The position numbers and the translations under genes were made by a program. The notes below the pieces were generated by a model. That model searched no databases. It saw only the letters and a program-made list of their open reading frames with translations, and was not told the DNA's origin. Shown here piece by piece: positions 20,283 through 30,530 of a stretch of 64,000 nt of DNA (positions are counted from its first letter, which is position 1; every line of letters begins with the position of its first letter). The stretch is from an uncultured Rhodobiaceae bacterium (GTDB lineage Bacteria; Pseudomonadota; Alphaproteobacteria; Rhizobiales; TMED25), in contig CAJWPC010000005.1 in the NCBI GenBank assembly GCA_913045225.1, forward strand, positions 44,905 to 108,904, given 5' to 3'.

Positions 20283-21434
20283 ATGAAATCAGAAAAAAGA
20301 AAAATTGCAATTATAGCGGGCGAAGTGTCTGGTGACAAAATCGGATCTGATCTGGTCAGCGAAATAGCGTTAGTAAATGATATTGATTTGTATGGTGTGG
20401 GCGGAGAAGAGCTTGCAAAGCATGGATTAAGGTCACTCTTTCCATACGAAGAATTATCCATAATAGGTGTTTGGGACATAATTAAGAATATTTTCACTCT
20501 CAGGAAAAGAGTCAATTCAACTGCAAAATCGATTGTAGCTTATAAACCAGAGTTATTAATTATAATTGATAGCCCCGAGTTCACTCACAGGGTTGCCAAA
20601 AAAGTAAAAAAAGCAATGCCAAATCTTAGTGTAATAAATTATGTATCTCCCACGATTTGGTTTTGGCGGCAAGGTAGAGGAAGGGAAATGAGTGAATATA
20701 TAACACACGTTTTATCCATTTATCCATTTGAGCCCGCTTTATACAAAAAGTTAAATGGGCCACCATGCACATATGTTGGTAACCCACTATTTGAAAATAT
20801 TCTGAATAATAAATTGAATAGAAAAAAAATAGAAAATAAAAACAAAACAATAGTTTTTATGCCAGGAAGTAGAAAAAGTGAAATTGAGAAACTTTTACCT
20901 CCTTGTATCGCGGCCTTTAGAGAAATAAAAAAGTTAGGTTATGAATTTAATATAGAAATACCAACATTTGATCACTTTGCTGATTTTATCAAAGAAAAAT
21001 TTGTTAATACCGGTATTAATTATTCAATATTTTCAAGTGAGAGCAAGAAAATAAATAGCTTCTGGTATTCAGACTTTGCAATTACAGCATCAGGTAGTGC
21101 GACTCTTGAGTTGGCAGCTTGTAGGTTACCAATGATAGTTATTTATAAATTAACTATAGTTAATTCTCTGTTTGCGAGCGTAATCTTAAAAATAAATAAT
21201 TTGAAGAATGTCTCATTTTCACTTCCAAATTTAATAAGTCAAAAAAAAATAATACCTGAATTATTACAATCTGACTGCAACTCAAAAAAAATTACCACTG
21301 AGCTGATAAAAATGTTTAACGATAGCAACGTGATTAATGATCAGTTATCGGTTTTTGAAAATATACATGGGATTATGCGGGTAAAAGTAAGGCCTGAAAA
21401 GGCTGCTGCGGATATTATTAGTGGGTATCTATAG
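20283..21434 (+). CDS. lpxB: Lipid-A-disaccharide synthase
   Basis: IAGEVSGD, IDSPEF, YVSPTIW, MPGSRKSE, ASGSATLE. Confidence 0.95.
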   Translation: MKSEKRKIAIIAGEVSGDKIGSDLVSEIALVNDIDLYGVGGEELAKHGLRSLFPYEELSIIGVWDIIKNIFTLRKRVNSTAKSIVAYKPELLIIIDSPEFTHRVAKKVKKAMPNLSVINYVSPTIWFWRQGRGREMSEYITHVLSIYPFEPALYKKLNGPPCTYVGNPLFENILNNKLNRKKIENKNKTIVFMPGSRKSEIEKLLPPCIAAFREIKKLGYEFNIEIPTFDHFADFIKEKFVNTGINYSIFSSESKKINSFWYSDFAITASGSATLELAACRLPMIVIYKLTIVNSLFASVILKINNLKNVSFSLPNLISQKKIIPELLQSDCNSKKITTELIKMFNDSNVINDQLSVFENIHGIMRVKVRPEKAAADIISGYL

Positions 21435-21438
21435 GATA

Positions 21439-22743
21439 CTATCTATCTTCAATCTTTATGAATTCTTTTGATGCATTACCCATATACAATTGTCGTGGTC
21501 TACCTATTCTTTGTTCAGAATCTTCGATCATTTCATTCCATTGCGAAATCCAACCGACCGTTCTTGCGAGCGCAAATAATACTGTGAACATATCTTTTGG
21601 AAATCCAAGGGCACGTAATATAATCCCAGAGTAAAAATCTACATTTGGGTACAGCTTCTTTTCAACAAAATATGGATCTTCAAGCGCAATTTTTTCAAGT
21701 TCCATTGCAACTTTTAGTAAAGGGTCGTCCTTAAGCCCAAGGGCGTCTAAAACCTCATGACATGTTTTTTGCATGATCTTAGCTCGCGGGTCATAGCTTT
21801 TATAGACTCTGTGTCCAAAACCCATCAGCCTAAAAGGGTCACTGGAGTCTTTGGCTTTTTTGATAAATTTTGTAATATTATCAGGTGTTTGAATTTCATC
21901 AAGCATGTTCAAAGCAGCCTCATTTGCTCCCCCATGCGCAGGTCCCCACAAAGATGCGACCCCGGCGGCGATACAAGCAAATGGATTGGCGCCTGAAGAG
22001 CCAGCAAGTCTGACTGTTGATGTTGAGGCATTTTGTTCATGATCTGCATGAAGAATGAATACCTTATCTAGTGCACTGGACAAAATCTCATTGACTTTAT
22101 ACTCCTCTGGTGGAACTGAGAAGCACATGTGCATGAAATTACTGGCATAGTCTAGGTCATTTCTCGGGTAAACAAATGGTTGACCCAGTGTATATTTATA
22201 GGCCATTGCGGCGATTGTTGGCATCTTTGCAATTAATCTGCGGGTCGCCACCATCCTTTGGTGTGCATCGCTGATGTCAGTGGAGTCATGATAGAAGGCA
22301 GATAATGCACCAATTACCCCGCATGTAATAGCCATTGGGTGAGCATCCCGTCTGAACCCTTGGTAAAATCTGGTCATTTGCTCATGAAGCATCGAATGAT
22401 AGGTGACGGCATTATCAAACTCTTCTTTCTCTTTTTTGTTTGGAAGCTCTCCATTTAGAAGAAGATATGACACCTCAAGAAAATCTGTGTTTTCCACAAG
22501 TTCGTCAATTTTATATCCACGATATAAAAGTATACCATTTTCGCCATCCACATAGGTTATTGTTGAAGAGCAATTGGCAGTCGAAGTAAACCCAGGATCG
22601 TATGTGAAAACATTTGCTTGTGCATATAATTTTGAGATGTCGACTACTTCTGGTCCGATAGAAGGTTTGTATATTGGTAGATCATATTTTGTACCATTTA
22701 TCTCAATTTGAGCGGTACCAGTTTCATTTTTTTTTACTGCCAT
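21439..22743 (-). CDS. gltA: Citrate synthase (type II)
   Basis: [46 protein letters not shown]. Confidence 0.97.
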   Translation of the reverse strand: MAVKKNETGTAQIEINGTKYDLPIYKPSIGPEVVDISKLYAQANVFTYDPGFTSTANCSSTITYVDGENGILLYRGYKIDELVENTDFLEVSYLLLNGELPNKKEKEEFDNAVTYHSMLHEQMTRFYQGFRRDAHPMAITCGVIGALSAFYHDSTDISDAHQRMVATRRLIAKMPTIAAMAYKYTLGQPFVYPRNDLDYASNFMHMCFSVPPEEYKVNEILSSALDKVFILHADHEQNASTSTVRLAGSSGANPFACIAAGVASLWGPAHGGANEAALNMLDEIQTPDNITKFIKKAKDSSDPFRLMGFGHRVYKSYDPRAKIMQKTCHEVLDALGLKDDPLLKVAMELEKIALEDPYFVEKKLYPNVDFYSGIILRALGFPKDMFTVLFALARTVGWISQWNEMIEDSEQRIGRPRQLYMGNASKEFIKIEDR

Positions 22744-22813
22744 AATAACTTTCCGTTAACTCTACGGTACACTGTTTTTATATATATAAAAACTAATATT
22801 TTCAAATAAAAAA

Positions 22814-24211
22814 TTATTTATACAGATGCTGCGAAATACGCGTGAGCGTGTCTTCTTTTCCAAGTGCATAGATAAGTTCATAAATACCAGTTGGGACGAT
22901 ACGCCCTGTAAGAACTATGCGTAGTGGCTTAGCAATATCAATTAATTTGATATTTTGATCGTTTGTAAATTTTTCAAATAAGTATGTTATTTCTTGAATG
23001 CTCCAATCCTTAATAGAGCTTAAATCCCTATAAAAAAAATCTAATAATTTAATTTTCTCCGAGTTGAGGTGCTCCATCATAACGCTATCTATAATTGGAG
23101 GGCGCACTATTAGCAAATATTCAATAAGTTCAATTAATTCATTTAACGTTTTTGATTTAGTTTTTACGTGTTCCAATATCAGTTTAATTTTCTCTTGATT
23201 CACAATTGGAATCTCAACTCCTTTCGATAGAGATATTAACTCAATTATTGCACTATCGCTTTCTGTATTAAGGTAATAAGAATTTATACTCAATAGCTTT
23301 TTATGATCTAGTCGTGCTGGTGATTTGTGAATATTTTTGATATCAAAATATTTGATCATTTCATCTTTTGAAAAATATTCTTTGTCGCCATAGCTCCAGC
23401 CTAATCGTAGGAGGTAGTTCAATATTGCCTTTGATAAGAATCCTTCAGATTTGTAGTCTGAAACTGAAAGCGCCCCGTCTCTTTTTGATAATTTGGCACC
23501 ATCAGATGAATGAATTAATGGAATATGAGTATATTCTGGTATTTTCCAATTCATTGCTTTGAAAATGTGGTATTGCCTTGCAGCGTTATTTAAGTGGTCG
23601 TCCCCTCTTATAATATGCGTAACCCCCATGTCATGGTCATCGACAGCGGAGGCTAGGAGATAAGTTGGACTTTCATCGCTTCTTAAAATTATAAAATCAT
23701 CTAAATCTTCATTCTCGAAACGAACTGTACCTTGTACGCTATCATTAATTTCCGTTATTCCACCCAATGGTGTTTTTATTCTAATCACTGGCTTTATGTT
23801 TTTATCTTTCTCATTTGGCTCTCGGTCACGCCATTTATTATTATAAAACGCGGATTTTTTCTTCTTTATTGCCTCTTCTCGCATCTCACCCAATTCTTCC
23901 TCAGTACAATAGCACTTGTAGGCTTTTCCATTCTCTAGAAGCTGCAATGCAATTTCTCTATGTCTGTTGATGTTAGCGCTCTGATATGCAATCTCGTCAT
24001 CCCAGTTGAGCCCAAGCCATTTTATGCCCTCCAAGATATTTTGAAGTGCCGCGTCAGTAGACCTTTTGAGATCTGTATCTTCAATACGCAAAATGAGTTT
24101 ACCGTTGTGTTTTTTTGCAAACAGCCAATTGTAAAGTAGAGTCCGGCAGCCTCCAATATGCAAATTACCTGTTGGCGAAGGTGCGAACCTTGTAGTAACC
24201 ATTTCCTTCAT
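22814..24211 (-). CDS. gltX: Glutamate--tRNA ligase
   Basis: TRFAPSPTGNLHIGG, LRIEDTD, KLSKRDGA; start moved to ATG 24211 behind a TAAGGA SD, which removes the lexA overlap. Confidence 0.95.
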   Translation of the reverse strand: MKEMVTTRFAPSPTGNLHIGGCRTLLYNWLFAKKHNGKLILRIEDTDLKRSTDAALQNILEGIKWLGLNWDDEIAYQSANINRHREIALQLLENGKAYKCYCTEEELGEMREEAIKKKKSAFYNNKWRDREPNEKDKNIKPVIRIKTPLGGITEINDSVQGTVRFENEDLDDFIILRSDESPTYLLASAVDDHDMGVTHIIRGDDHLNNAARQYHIFKAMNWKIPEYTHIPLIHSSDGAKLSKRDGALSVSDYKSEGFLSKAILNYLLRLGWSYGDKEYFSKDEMIKYFDIKNIHKSPARLDHKKLLSINSYYLNTESDSAIIELISLSKGVEIPIVNQEKIKLILEHVKTKSKTLNELIELIEYLLIVRPPIIDSVMMEHLNSEKIKLLDFFYRDLSSIKDWSIQEITYLFEKFTNDQNIKLIDIAKPLRIVLTGRIVPTGIYELIYALGKEDTLTRISQHLYK

Positions 24212-24240
24212 AGTCCTTATTCCATTTGGGCTAATTGGTT

Positions 24241-24912
24241 TTAGTGATAGTTTCTGATAAGATTTACAAGGCAACCCTGTATTTTAATTCTATCTGATGA
24301 GTATATTTTTGTTTCGTAGCTTTTATTGGATGGCTCAAGTGCAATGCTATCGCCTTTTTTTCTAAATCTTTTAAGGGTTGCTTCTTCACCATCGACCAGC
24401 GCAACAATAATATCACCGTTTTGAGCGGTTTGGCATTTTTTTACAATCACTGTATCGCCGTCAAATATACCTGACTCAATCATTGAGTCACCCCTTATCT
24501 TAAGCGCATAGTGCTCATGATTTCCCAGCATACCCTTTGGTAGATGAATATTATCAATTTTTTCTTGGATCGCTGAAATAGGTGAGCCAGCTGCAATATT
24601 ACCCATAATTGGTATCTCTACGAAGGTATCATTTATTGTTTCGTGTTTATCCAATGGAATTGTTGATTTATTATAATTAATATTGCTTTCAATATTATCA
24701 AATGGATGTTTTAGTATCTCTAGTGCTCTTGCTCTATTAGGAAGCCTTCTGATGTAGCCTCGCTCTTCGAGTGCATTAATCAATCTATGTATGCCTGATT
24801 TTGAATGTAGGTTAACGGCGACCTTCATTTCGTCATAAGAGGGGGAGATGCCATTTTCCGTGATTCGCTGGTGAATATATTTTAATAATTCAAATTGTTT
24901 CTCAGTAAGCAT
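24241..24912 (-). CDS. lexA: SOS repressor LexA
   Basis: MLTEKQ..., [16 protein letters not shown] (alphaproteobacterial HTH), Ala-Gly cleavage site IAAG, GDSM, EATLKR. Confidence 0.96.
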   Translation of the reverse strand: MLTEKQFELLKYIHQRITENGISPSYDEMKVAVNLHSKSGIHRLINALEERGYIRRLPNRARALEILKHPFDNIESNINYNKSTIPLDKHETINDTFVEIPIMGNIAAGSPISAIQEKIDNIHLPKGMLGNHEHYALKIRGDSMIESGIFDGDTVIVKKCQTAQNGDIIVALVDGEEATLKRFRKKGDSIALEPSNKSYETKIYSSDRIKIQGCLVNLIRNYH

Positions 24913-24931
24913 TATTTACTCCAATCCATTT

Positions 24932-24976
24932 GCACAAAACAAGAACATTTATACATGTTCTTTTTATGTTCTACAA
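24932..24976 (-). promoter_or_regulatory. lexA promoter with autoregulatory LexA boxes
   Basis: Minus strand reads TTGTAG-N17-TATAAA; GTTC-N7-GTTC on + at 24957-24971; a second, inverted, degenerate box GCAC-N7-GAAC at 24932-24946. Confidence 0.85.
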
Positions 24977-24999
24977 GAGGAAAGTTAATAATTCTATAA

Positions 25000-26187
25000 T
25001 TAAAAGTCAATTTTCAAGATTTGCACTATCTCACCTATTCTTTTCGAGGGTGCATTTGGTTCCCTAATTATAAATACATTTGATGAGTTCAGGACGCTCA
25101 ATGATGAGGAGTCTTGCACCTTATGTGGCGTGACAAATCCATCTTTGAAAAAACCTCGGATAAAATCTTGCCTTTCATCATTCTCTTTCAAGCTAGTTTT
25201 TAGCTTTGCTTCTGTTATGTATAGATTTTCATCTTCAAAATTCATGAATTTGTTTATCATGGGTTTCAAGAAAAGCTGACAGCAAACGTGCGCTGATACC
25301 GGGTTACCGGGTAGGCCTAAGAAATGCGCCTCCCCCAAACGACCATATATAAGGGGTTTACCTGGCCTCATTGCAATTTTCCAAAATTTGAGCTGCAATT
25401 CCTTATGTATACTCTCTTTAACCAGGTCAAAATCGCCAACGCTTGCCCCACCAATTGTCACAATGATATCATGACTTGCAGCTTTTTTTATTTTTACGCG
25501 CAGAGATTTTACATTATCCTTGGCAATTCCAAAATCTGTTACATTTGCACCAAGCTGTTCTAAATAGGCTTTTATACCGTAATTATTTGCGCTGATTATT
25601 TTATTTTGAGCATCTTTTGAACCAGGTTCAACAAGTTCATCACCATTAGATATGATCGCTATTTTTGGTTTACGGTACACCACTAGTGTTGTGTGGTTCA
25701 TAGAGGCAGCTAGGGATATGTGTTTGGGGGTTAATTTTGTTCCTTTTCTTATTAAAATATCATCAGTTTTGAAATCAAAACCCTTCTTTCTGATATTTTC
25801 ATTTTTTTGTGGTATTTTTTTTAAAATTACATCACTTGCATTTGTTTCTGTATTTTCTTGAATTATTACAGTATCTGTCCCAGAAGGCATTACACTCCCA
25901 GTGTACACCTTGACAGCCTCTTCTTTTTTTACCTTTCTTGCAAAAGTTGTACCCGCTGGACTCTTACCAATGACGGACAACTTATGATTTTCATTAATAT
26001 GTGGACCATGCTTAAATGCATAACCATCCATGGCTGATAAATCAAATGGAGGTGACACTCTGCGGGCCGATAAATTTTCAGCAATAACATAGCCGCCAGC
26101 CCTCCCAAGAGGAATAGTTACTGTGCCCATCACATTAATCTCTTTAAGGCACCTGTCGATAGCATTTTCAAGTTTTAGCAAGTTCAT
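25000..26187 (-). CDS. moeA: Molybdopterin molybdenumtransferase
   Basis: PPFDLSAMDGYA, NGDEL, GGASVGDFD, AMRPGKP, GLPGNPVSA. Confidence 0.95.
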   Translation of the reverse strand: MNLLKLENAIDRCLKEINVMGTVTIPLGRAGGYVIAENLSARRVSPPFDLSAMDGYAFKHGPHINENHKLSVIGKSPAGTTFARKVKKEEAVKVYTGSVMPSGTDTVIIQENTETNASDVILKKIPQKNENIRKKGFDFKTDDILIRKGTKLTPKHISLAASMNHTTLVVYRKPKIAIISNGDELVEPGSKDAQNKIISANNYGIKAYLEQLGANVTDFGIAKDNVKSLRVKIKKAASHDIIVTIGGASVGDFDLVKESIHKELQLKFWKIAMRPGKPLIYGRLGEAHFLGLPGNPVSAHVCCQLFLKPMINKFMNFEDENLYITEAKLKTSLKENDERQDFIRGFFKDGFVTPHKVQDSSSLSVLNSSNVFIIREPNAPSKRIGEIVQILKIDF

Positions 26188-26660
26188 CTTCTCTTGTATA
26201 TTCCAGATTTACCACCAGATTTAAAATCTAACTTTATGTTTGTTATTGACGCTTTTTTATCGCGTGATTTTATCATGTCATAGATAGTAAGGCACGCGAC
26301 AGAGCATGCCACCAAAGCCTCCATTTCAACACCCGTCTTTTGCGTTGTTTGGCTCTCACAGATCACATTAATGGAACTCATTTTGCTATCAACACTTATG
26401 TCAACCTTAATAAAATCTATATTTATATTATGGCAAAGTGGTATAAGCTCATGGGTTTTTTTTGATGCTATTATACCAGCAATCCGAGCGGTAGAGAATA
26501 TATCGCCTTTTTCTACATTATCGTTTTTGATCAGCTCTAAGGTTTTCTTTGAGACATTCACACTACCGGATGCAATTGCAACTCTCTTACTAGCTTTTTT
26601 ATCAGATATATCAACCATATTTGCCTCGCCAGAATTATTTATGTGAGTAAAATTTTTCAT
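26184..26660 (-). CDS. moaC: Cyclic pyranopterin monophosphate synthase
   Basis: ANMVDISDK, LIPLCH, TGVEMEAL, KSGGKSG. Confidence 0.95.
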   Translation of the reverse strand: MKNFTHINNSGEANMVDISDKKASKRVAIASGSVNVSKKTLELIKNDNVEKGDIFSTARIAGIIASKKTHELIPLCHNINIDFIKVDISVDSKMSSINVICESQTTQKTGVEMEALVACSVACLTIYDMIKSRDKKASITNIKLDFKSGGKSGIYKRR

Positions 26661-26661
26661 C

Positions 26662-27453
26662 TTAATCAAGGAGGTCCTGAATTGCCTTTGTCATATTATC
26701 TGATTTAATTATACTTTCGCCAACTAGAAAGGCGTTCACATTTTTCTCTCGTAACATTTTGATTTGGGTATTGTTGTAAATTCCACTTTCAGAAATTATA
26801 ATTAGTTCATCACTAAATTTTGGTGCTAAATTAACGGTGGTGCGGATATCTGTTTCAAAAGTATGCAAATTTCTATTATTTATACCGATGAGTTTGGCAT
26901 TCATACTCAGTGCTCTCTCAAACTCATTTTCATTGTGTACTTCAAATATGCTATCTAGTTCAATCTCTTGAGCAGTTTGATAGAGTTCGCGTGCCTGCGA
27001 GTCACTTAACATAGATAATATGATTAATATGCAGTCTCCGCCAAGATATTTTGTTTCAAAAACTTGATATGGGTCAATGAAAAAGTCTTTTCTCAGTAGC
27101 GGTAGGGGTGAGCTGTTACGAGCAATACCGAGATCCTCCTTTGAACCCATAAAAGAGGGTGTATCAGTTAGCACAGAAATACATGTGGCCCCTGCTGCTG
27201 AATATTCCTTTGCTATCTTTGATACATCAAATATTTCCTTTAAAATTCCTTTTGATGGGCTAGCTTTTTTTATTTCACACACTAAAGATATTTTACCAGC
27301 AAGAGTGTTATCTCTGATTGACCCTAAAAATGATCTTGATGTACCTGAGTCTCTGCTGACGTTGTTTATCAGTTCATTGATCGAGAGTGATTTGTAGCTT
27401 TCACCAACTTCAATTTTTTTGTATTCGTATATTTTATCTAGTATTGAATTCAT
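26662..27453 (-). CDS. trpC: Indole-3-glycerol phosphate synthase
   Basis: EIKKASPSKG, ISVLTD, LRKDFFIDPYQ, GINNRNL, SESGI. Confidence 0.96.
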   Translation of the reverse strand: MNSILDKIYEYKKIEVGESYKSLSINELINNVSRDSGTSRSFLGSIRDNTLAGKISLVCEIKKASPSKGILKEIFDVSKIAKEYSAAGATCISVLTDTPSFMGSKEDLGIARNSSPLPLLRKDFFIDPYQVFETKYLGGDCILIILSMLSDSQARELYQTAQEIELDSIFEVHNENEFERALSMNAKLIGINNRNLHTFETDIRTTVNLAPKFSDELIIISESGIYNNTQIKMLREKNVNAFLVGESIIKSDNMTKAIQDLLD

Positions 27454-28472
27454 CAGTCCAATCTATTTGACACGCTAATTAAATGCTCAAGAGTTTGAAG
27501 TGCTTTACCACTGTCTAATGACTCTTTTGATATTGCAATTGCATCTTCGATATTTCTGGAATAGCCACACATAACTAATGCTGCCGCAGAATTTAAGGAT
27601 ACAATTTCACGATAAGGATTTTTTTCACCTTTGAAAATCTTAATCAATTCTTTTGCGTTGTGGCTCGCATCTCCACCAACGATTTCTGATATTTTTGCAG
27701 GCCTAATATTAGTGTTCTTAATTTCAAAAACTTCTTCCGAAATATGTCCACTGTCTAATTTATGGATAAATGTTTTATCTGATATTGATACTTCATCAAG
27801 CCCATCATTACTGTGGACCAGCCAAGCTGCCTCAGAGCCAAGGTTTTTTAGCACTTCAGTCATTGGACGCAAGAGAGCAAGATCATAAGCACCAATGAGG
27901 TGTTTTTTCACATTAGCTGGGTTACACATAGGGCCAAGTATATTAAAAATAGTTCGTGTTTTGAGTTCTGCCCTTACTTTTGCAACATGTTTAAAGCTAC
28001 CATGAAATAGTGGAGCAAATAAAAAGCAAATATTAGTCTCGTTTATGCATTCCACGCAAGAGTCTGGTTTTATATCAATATTTACGCCAAGCTCTGTTAA
28101 TACATCGGAAGATCCTGATAAAGATGATACTGATCTGTTGCCATGCTTTGCCACTTTAACACTGTTTGATGCGACGACAAGCGCGGATGCTGTTGAGATA
28201 TTTAATGTTTTGTAACCATCACCACCGGTCCCAACAATGTCTATTGCACCATCGGGAACCATTATAGTAGTCATTTTTTCTCTAATGGCACGCACAGCCC
28301 CTATGATTTCATCTATTGACTCACCCTTATTTTTAAGACTAATAAGAAAGTTAGAAATATCATCATCAACGCAATTACCAGACATTATACTTATAAATGC
28401 ATTGTAGCTTTCCAAAACCGAAAGGCTCTGTTTATTGTTTATCTTTTCAATATAATCAATGATTTCTGGCAT
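27453..28472 (-). CDS. trpD: Anthranilate phosphoribosyltransferase
   Basis: DIVGTGGDG, NIST, AKHGNRSVSS, RTIFNILGP. Confidence 0.96.
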   Translation of the reverse strand: MPEIIDYIEKINNKQSLSVLESYNAFISIMSGNCVDDDISNFLISLKNKGESIDEIIGAVRAIREKMTTIMVPDGAIDIVGTGGDGYKTLNISTASALVVASNSVKVAKHGNRSVSSLSGSSDVLTELGVNIDIKPDSCVECINETNICFLFAPLFHGSFKHVAKVRAELKTRTIFNILGPMCNPANVKKHLIGAYDLALLRPMTEVLKNLGSEAAWLVHSNDGLDEVSISDKTFIHKLDSGHISEEVFEIKNTNIRPAKISEIVGGDASHNAKELIKIFKGEKNPYREIVSLNSAAALVMCGYSRNIEDAIAISKESLDSGKALQTLEHLISVSNRLD

Positions 28473-28486
28473 TAAATTAATTCTAT

Positions 28487-29050
28487 CTATAAGATTATAA
28501 AGTTCCTTAATATATCAATTCCATACTCTGTTGCAATACTTTCAGGATGAAACTGTATACCAAAAGTAGGGTATTCCTTGTGTGACACAGCCATAATATA
28601 GTTATCGTTCGCTGAACGAGCAGTTATAGACAATTCGTGGCTTAATTCTTTTTCATTAATAATGAGAGAATGGTATCTGGTGGCAGAGAATTTCTCTGGA
28701 ATATCCTTAAAAATTGGACACCCACTATGTGTAATTATTGCTGTTTTGCCATGCATTAAGTGATCAGCTTTTATAATTTCCGATCCAAAGGCTTGTCCGA
28801 TAGATTGATGACCCAAACAAATTCCTAAAATTGGCAATTTCTTTGAAAAGGATTTCACAACATCAACAGAAATTCCTGCTTGACTGGGTGTGCATGGTCC
28901 AGGGGATATTATTATGTGACTTGTATTACTCGGTATCTGATCAGTAGATATTTGATCGTTACGAACTACAGACGACTGCACTCCTAGGCTGCCAATGTAT
29001 TGCACAATGTTAAATGTAAAGCTATCATAATTATCAATAATTAATATCAT
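28487..29050 (-). CDS. trpG: Anthranilate synthase component II (glutamine amidotransferase)
   Basis: IDNYDSFT, SPGPCTP, GICLGHQ, QFHPES. Confidence 0.94.
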   Translation of the reverse strand: MILIIDNYDSFTFNIVQYIGSLGVQSSVVRNDQISTDQIPSNTSHIIISPGPCTPSQAGISVDVVKSFSKKLPILGICLGHQSIGQAFGSEIIKADHLMHGKTAIITHSGCPIFKDIPEKFSATRYHSLIINEKELSHELSITARSANDNYIMAVSHKEYPTFGIQFHPESIATEYGIDILRNFIIL

Positions 29051-30525
29051 TTTTCTGCCCTGCTACTGTTAATATCGAGGGCATCTTGTGCTGCATTGAA
29101 TAGGGCAGAGGCCTTCGATTTGCATTCCTGGTATTCACTTTCCGGATTAGAGTCCGCAACGATTCCAGCACCCGCTTGAACATACATTGAATTACCCTTA
29201 ATTATTGCAGTTCTCAATGTTATGCAAGTATCCATGTCTCCTGCTGCTGAAAAGTAACCAACGCATCCAGCATATATAGACCTGCGCTCCTTCTCAAGTT
29301 CTTCTATTATTTGCATTGCTCTTATTTTAGGTGCCCCTGATACTGTTCCAGCAGGAAATCCAGCTTTTAGAACATCAATCATATTGAATTTACTGTCAAG
29401 TTTTCCTGTCACATTAGAAACTATATGCATAACATGGCTGTATAACTCTACAAAGAATTTATCTGTAACCTTTACACTTCCAAGTTGCGATACCTTACCA
29501 ACATCATTTCGTCCCAAATCAAGCAGCATTAAATGCTCAGCAAGTTCTTTCGGATCAGAGAGTAATGAATCCTTATTATAATCATCTTCAGCCTGATCTT
29601 TCCCTCTTGGTCTAGTACCCGCGATTGGCCTTACTGTTATTTCATCACTAAAAAGCCTAATAAGTATTTCTGGACTTGAACCAATAACAGCAAACTCATC
29701 AAAATTGAGATAAAATAGAAACGGTGATGGATTTATTCTACGCAATGATCGGTATAATTCAAATGGGGGCAATTCAAAATTTGACTCGAAACGTTGGCTC
29801 AGTACAACCTGGAAGATGTCCCCTTCATAAATATAATTTTTGGCTTTCTCTACCATCTTGAGGTAGTCATCTTTTGACGTGTTTGAGCTTATGTTAATTT
29901 TCTTTTGGTTGGTTGGAATATATGTTTCATCAAAGGGTTTTTTGAGTAGATCGAGAACAAAATCTATTGAGGTATTGGCTTCGGCTAGTGCATCATGATA
30001 TTTTTGATTTGAATTATATCTTAATGAATATACAACCGATAGCTCATCTTTTAAATTATCAAACACAATTATGAGTGATGGTCTCATAAGTAGTGAGTCA
30101 GGGAAATCTGCATCAGATTTGCTTAATTCGTTTATATCCTCAATTAATCTCACATTATCATAACCGATGTAGCCAAAAACACCTGCAGACATTCTCGGTA
30201 GATGGTCTGGGAGCTTAATGTATGAACAGTCGATTAAATTCTTCAACGATGCGAAAGTTGGCAAACCCTCTTTTTTGTATCCAGATGTCCATTTTGATTT
30301 TATATAGGCCGTATCTCCATCGGATTTCCACCACATATCTGGCTTCATTCCAACGATTGAATATCTACCTCTTTTTGTACCCCCCTCAACGGACTCGAGC
30401 AGAAAGCAATTTGAATGATCCTCTAAACGCATTAAAATTGAAATAGGGGTAACAGTATCTGAGACGATTGTCTTCCATATTACTTGATCGATTTTTTCAT
30501 TGTAAAGTTTTTCAGATTTATCCAT
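29047..30525 (-). CDS. trpE: Anthranilate synthase component I
   Basis: LLESVEGG, GDIFQVVLSQR, PIAGTRPRG, EHLMLLDLGRND, PAGTVSGAPK. Confidence 0.95.
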   Translation of the reverse strand: MDKSEKLYNEKIDQVIWKTIVSDTVTPISILMRLEDHSNCFLLESVEGGTKRGRYSIVGMKPDMWWKSDGDTAYIKSKWTSGYKKEGLPTFASLKNLIDCSYIKLPDHLPRMSAGVFGYIGYDNVRLIEDINELSKSDADFPDSLLMRPSLIIVFDNLKDELSVVYSLRYNSNQKYHDALAEANTSIDFVLDLLKKPFDETYIPTNQKKINISSNTSKDDYLKMVEKAKNYIYEGDIFQVVLSQRFESNFELPPFELYRSLRRINPSPFLFYLNFDEFAVIGSSPEILIRLFSDEITVRPIAGTRPRGKDQAEDDYNKDSLLSDPKELAEHLMLLDLGRNDVGKVSQLGSVKVTDKFFVELYSHVMHIVSNVTGKLDSKFNMIDVLKAGFPAGTVSGAPKIRAMQIIEELEKERRSIYAGCVGYFSAAGDMDTCITLRTAIIKGNSMYVQAGAGIVADSNPESEYQECKSKASALFNAAQDALDINSSRAEK

Positions 30526-30530
30526 TGAGA

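Noticed and set aside
24212-24274. gltX extension overlapping lexA
   Set aside because: A better start exists at 24211, with an SD and a normal N-terminus
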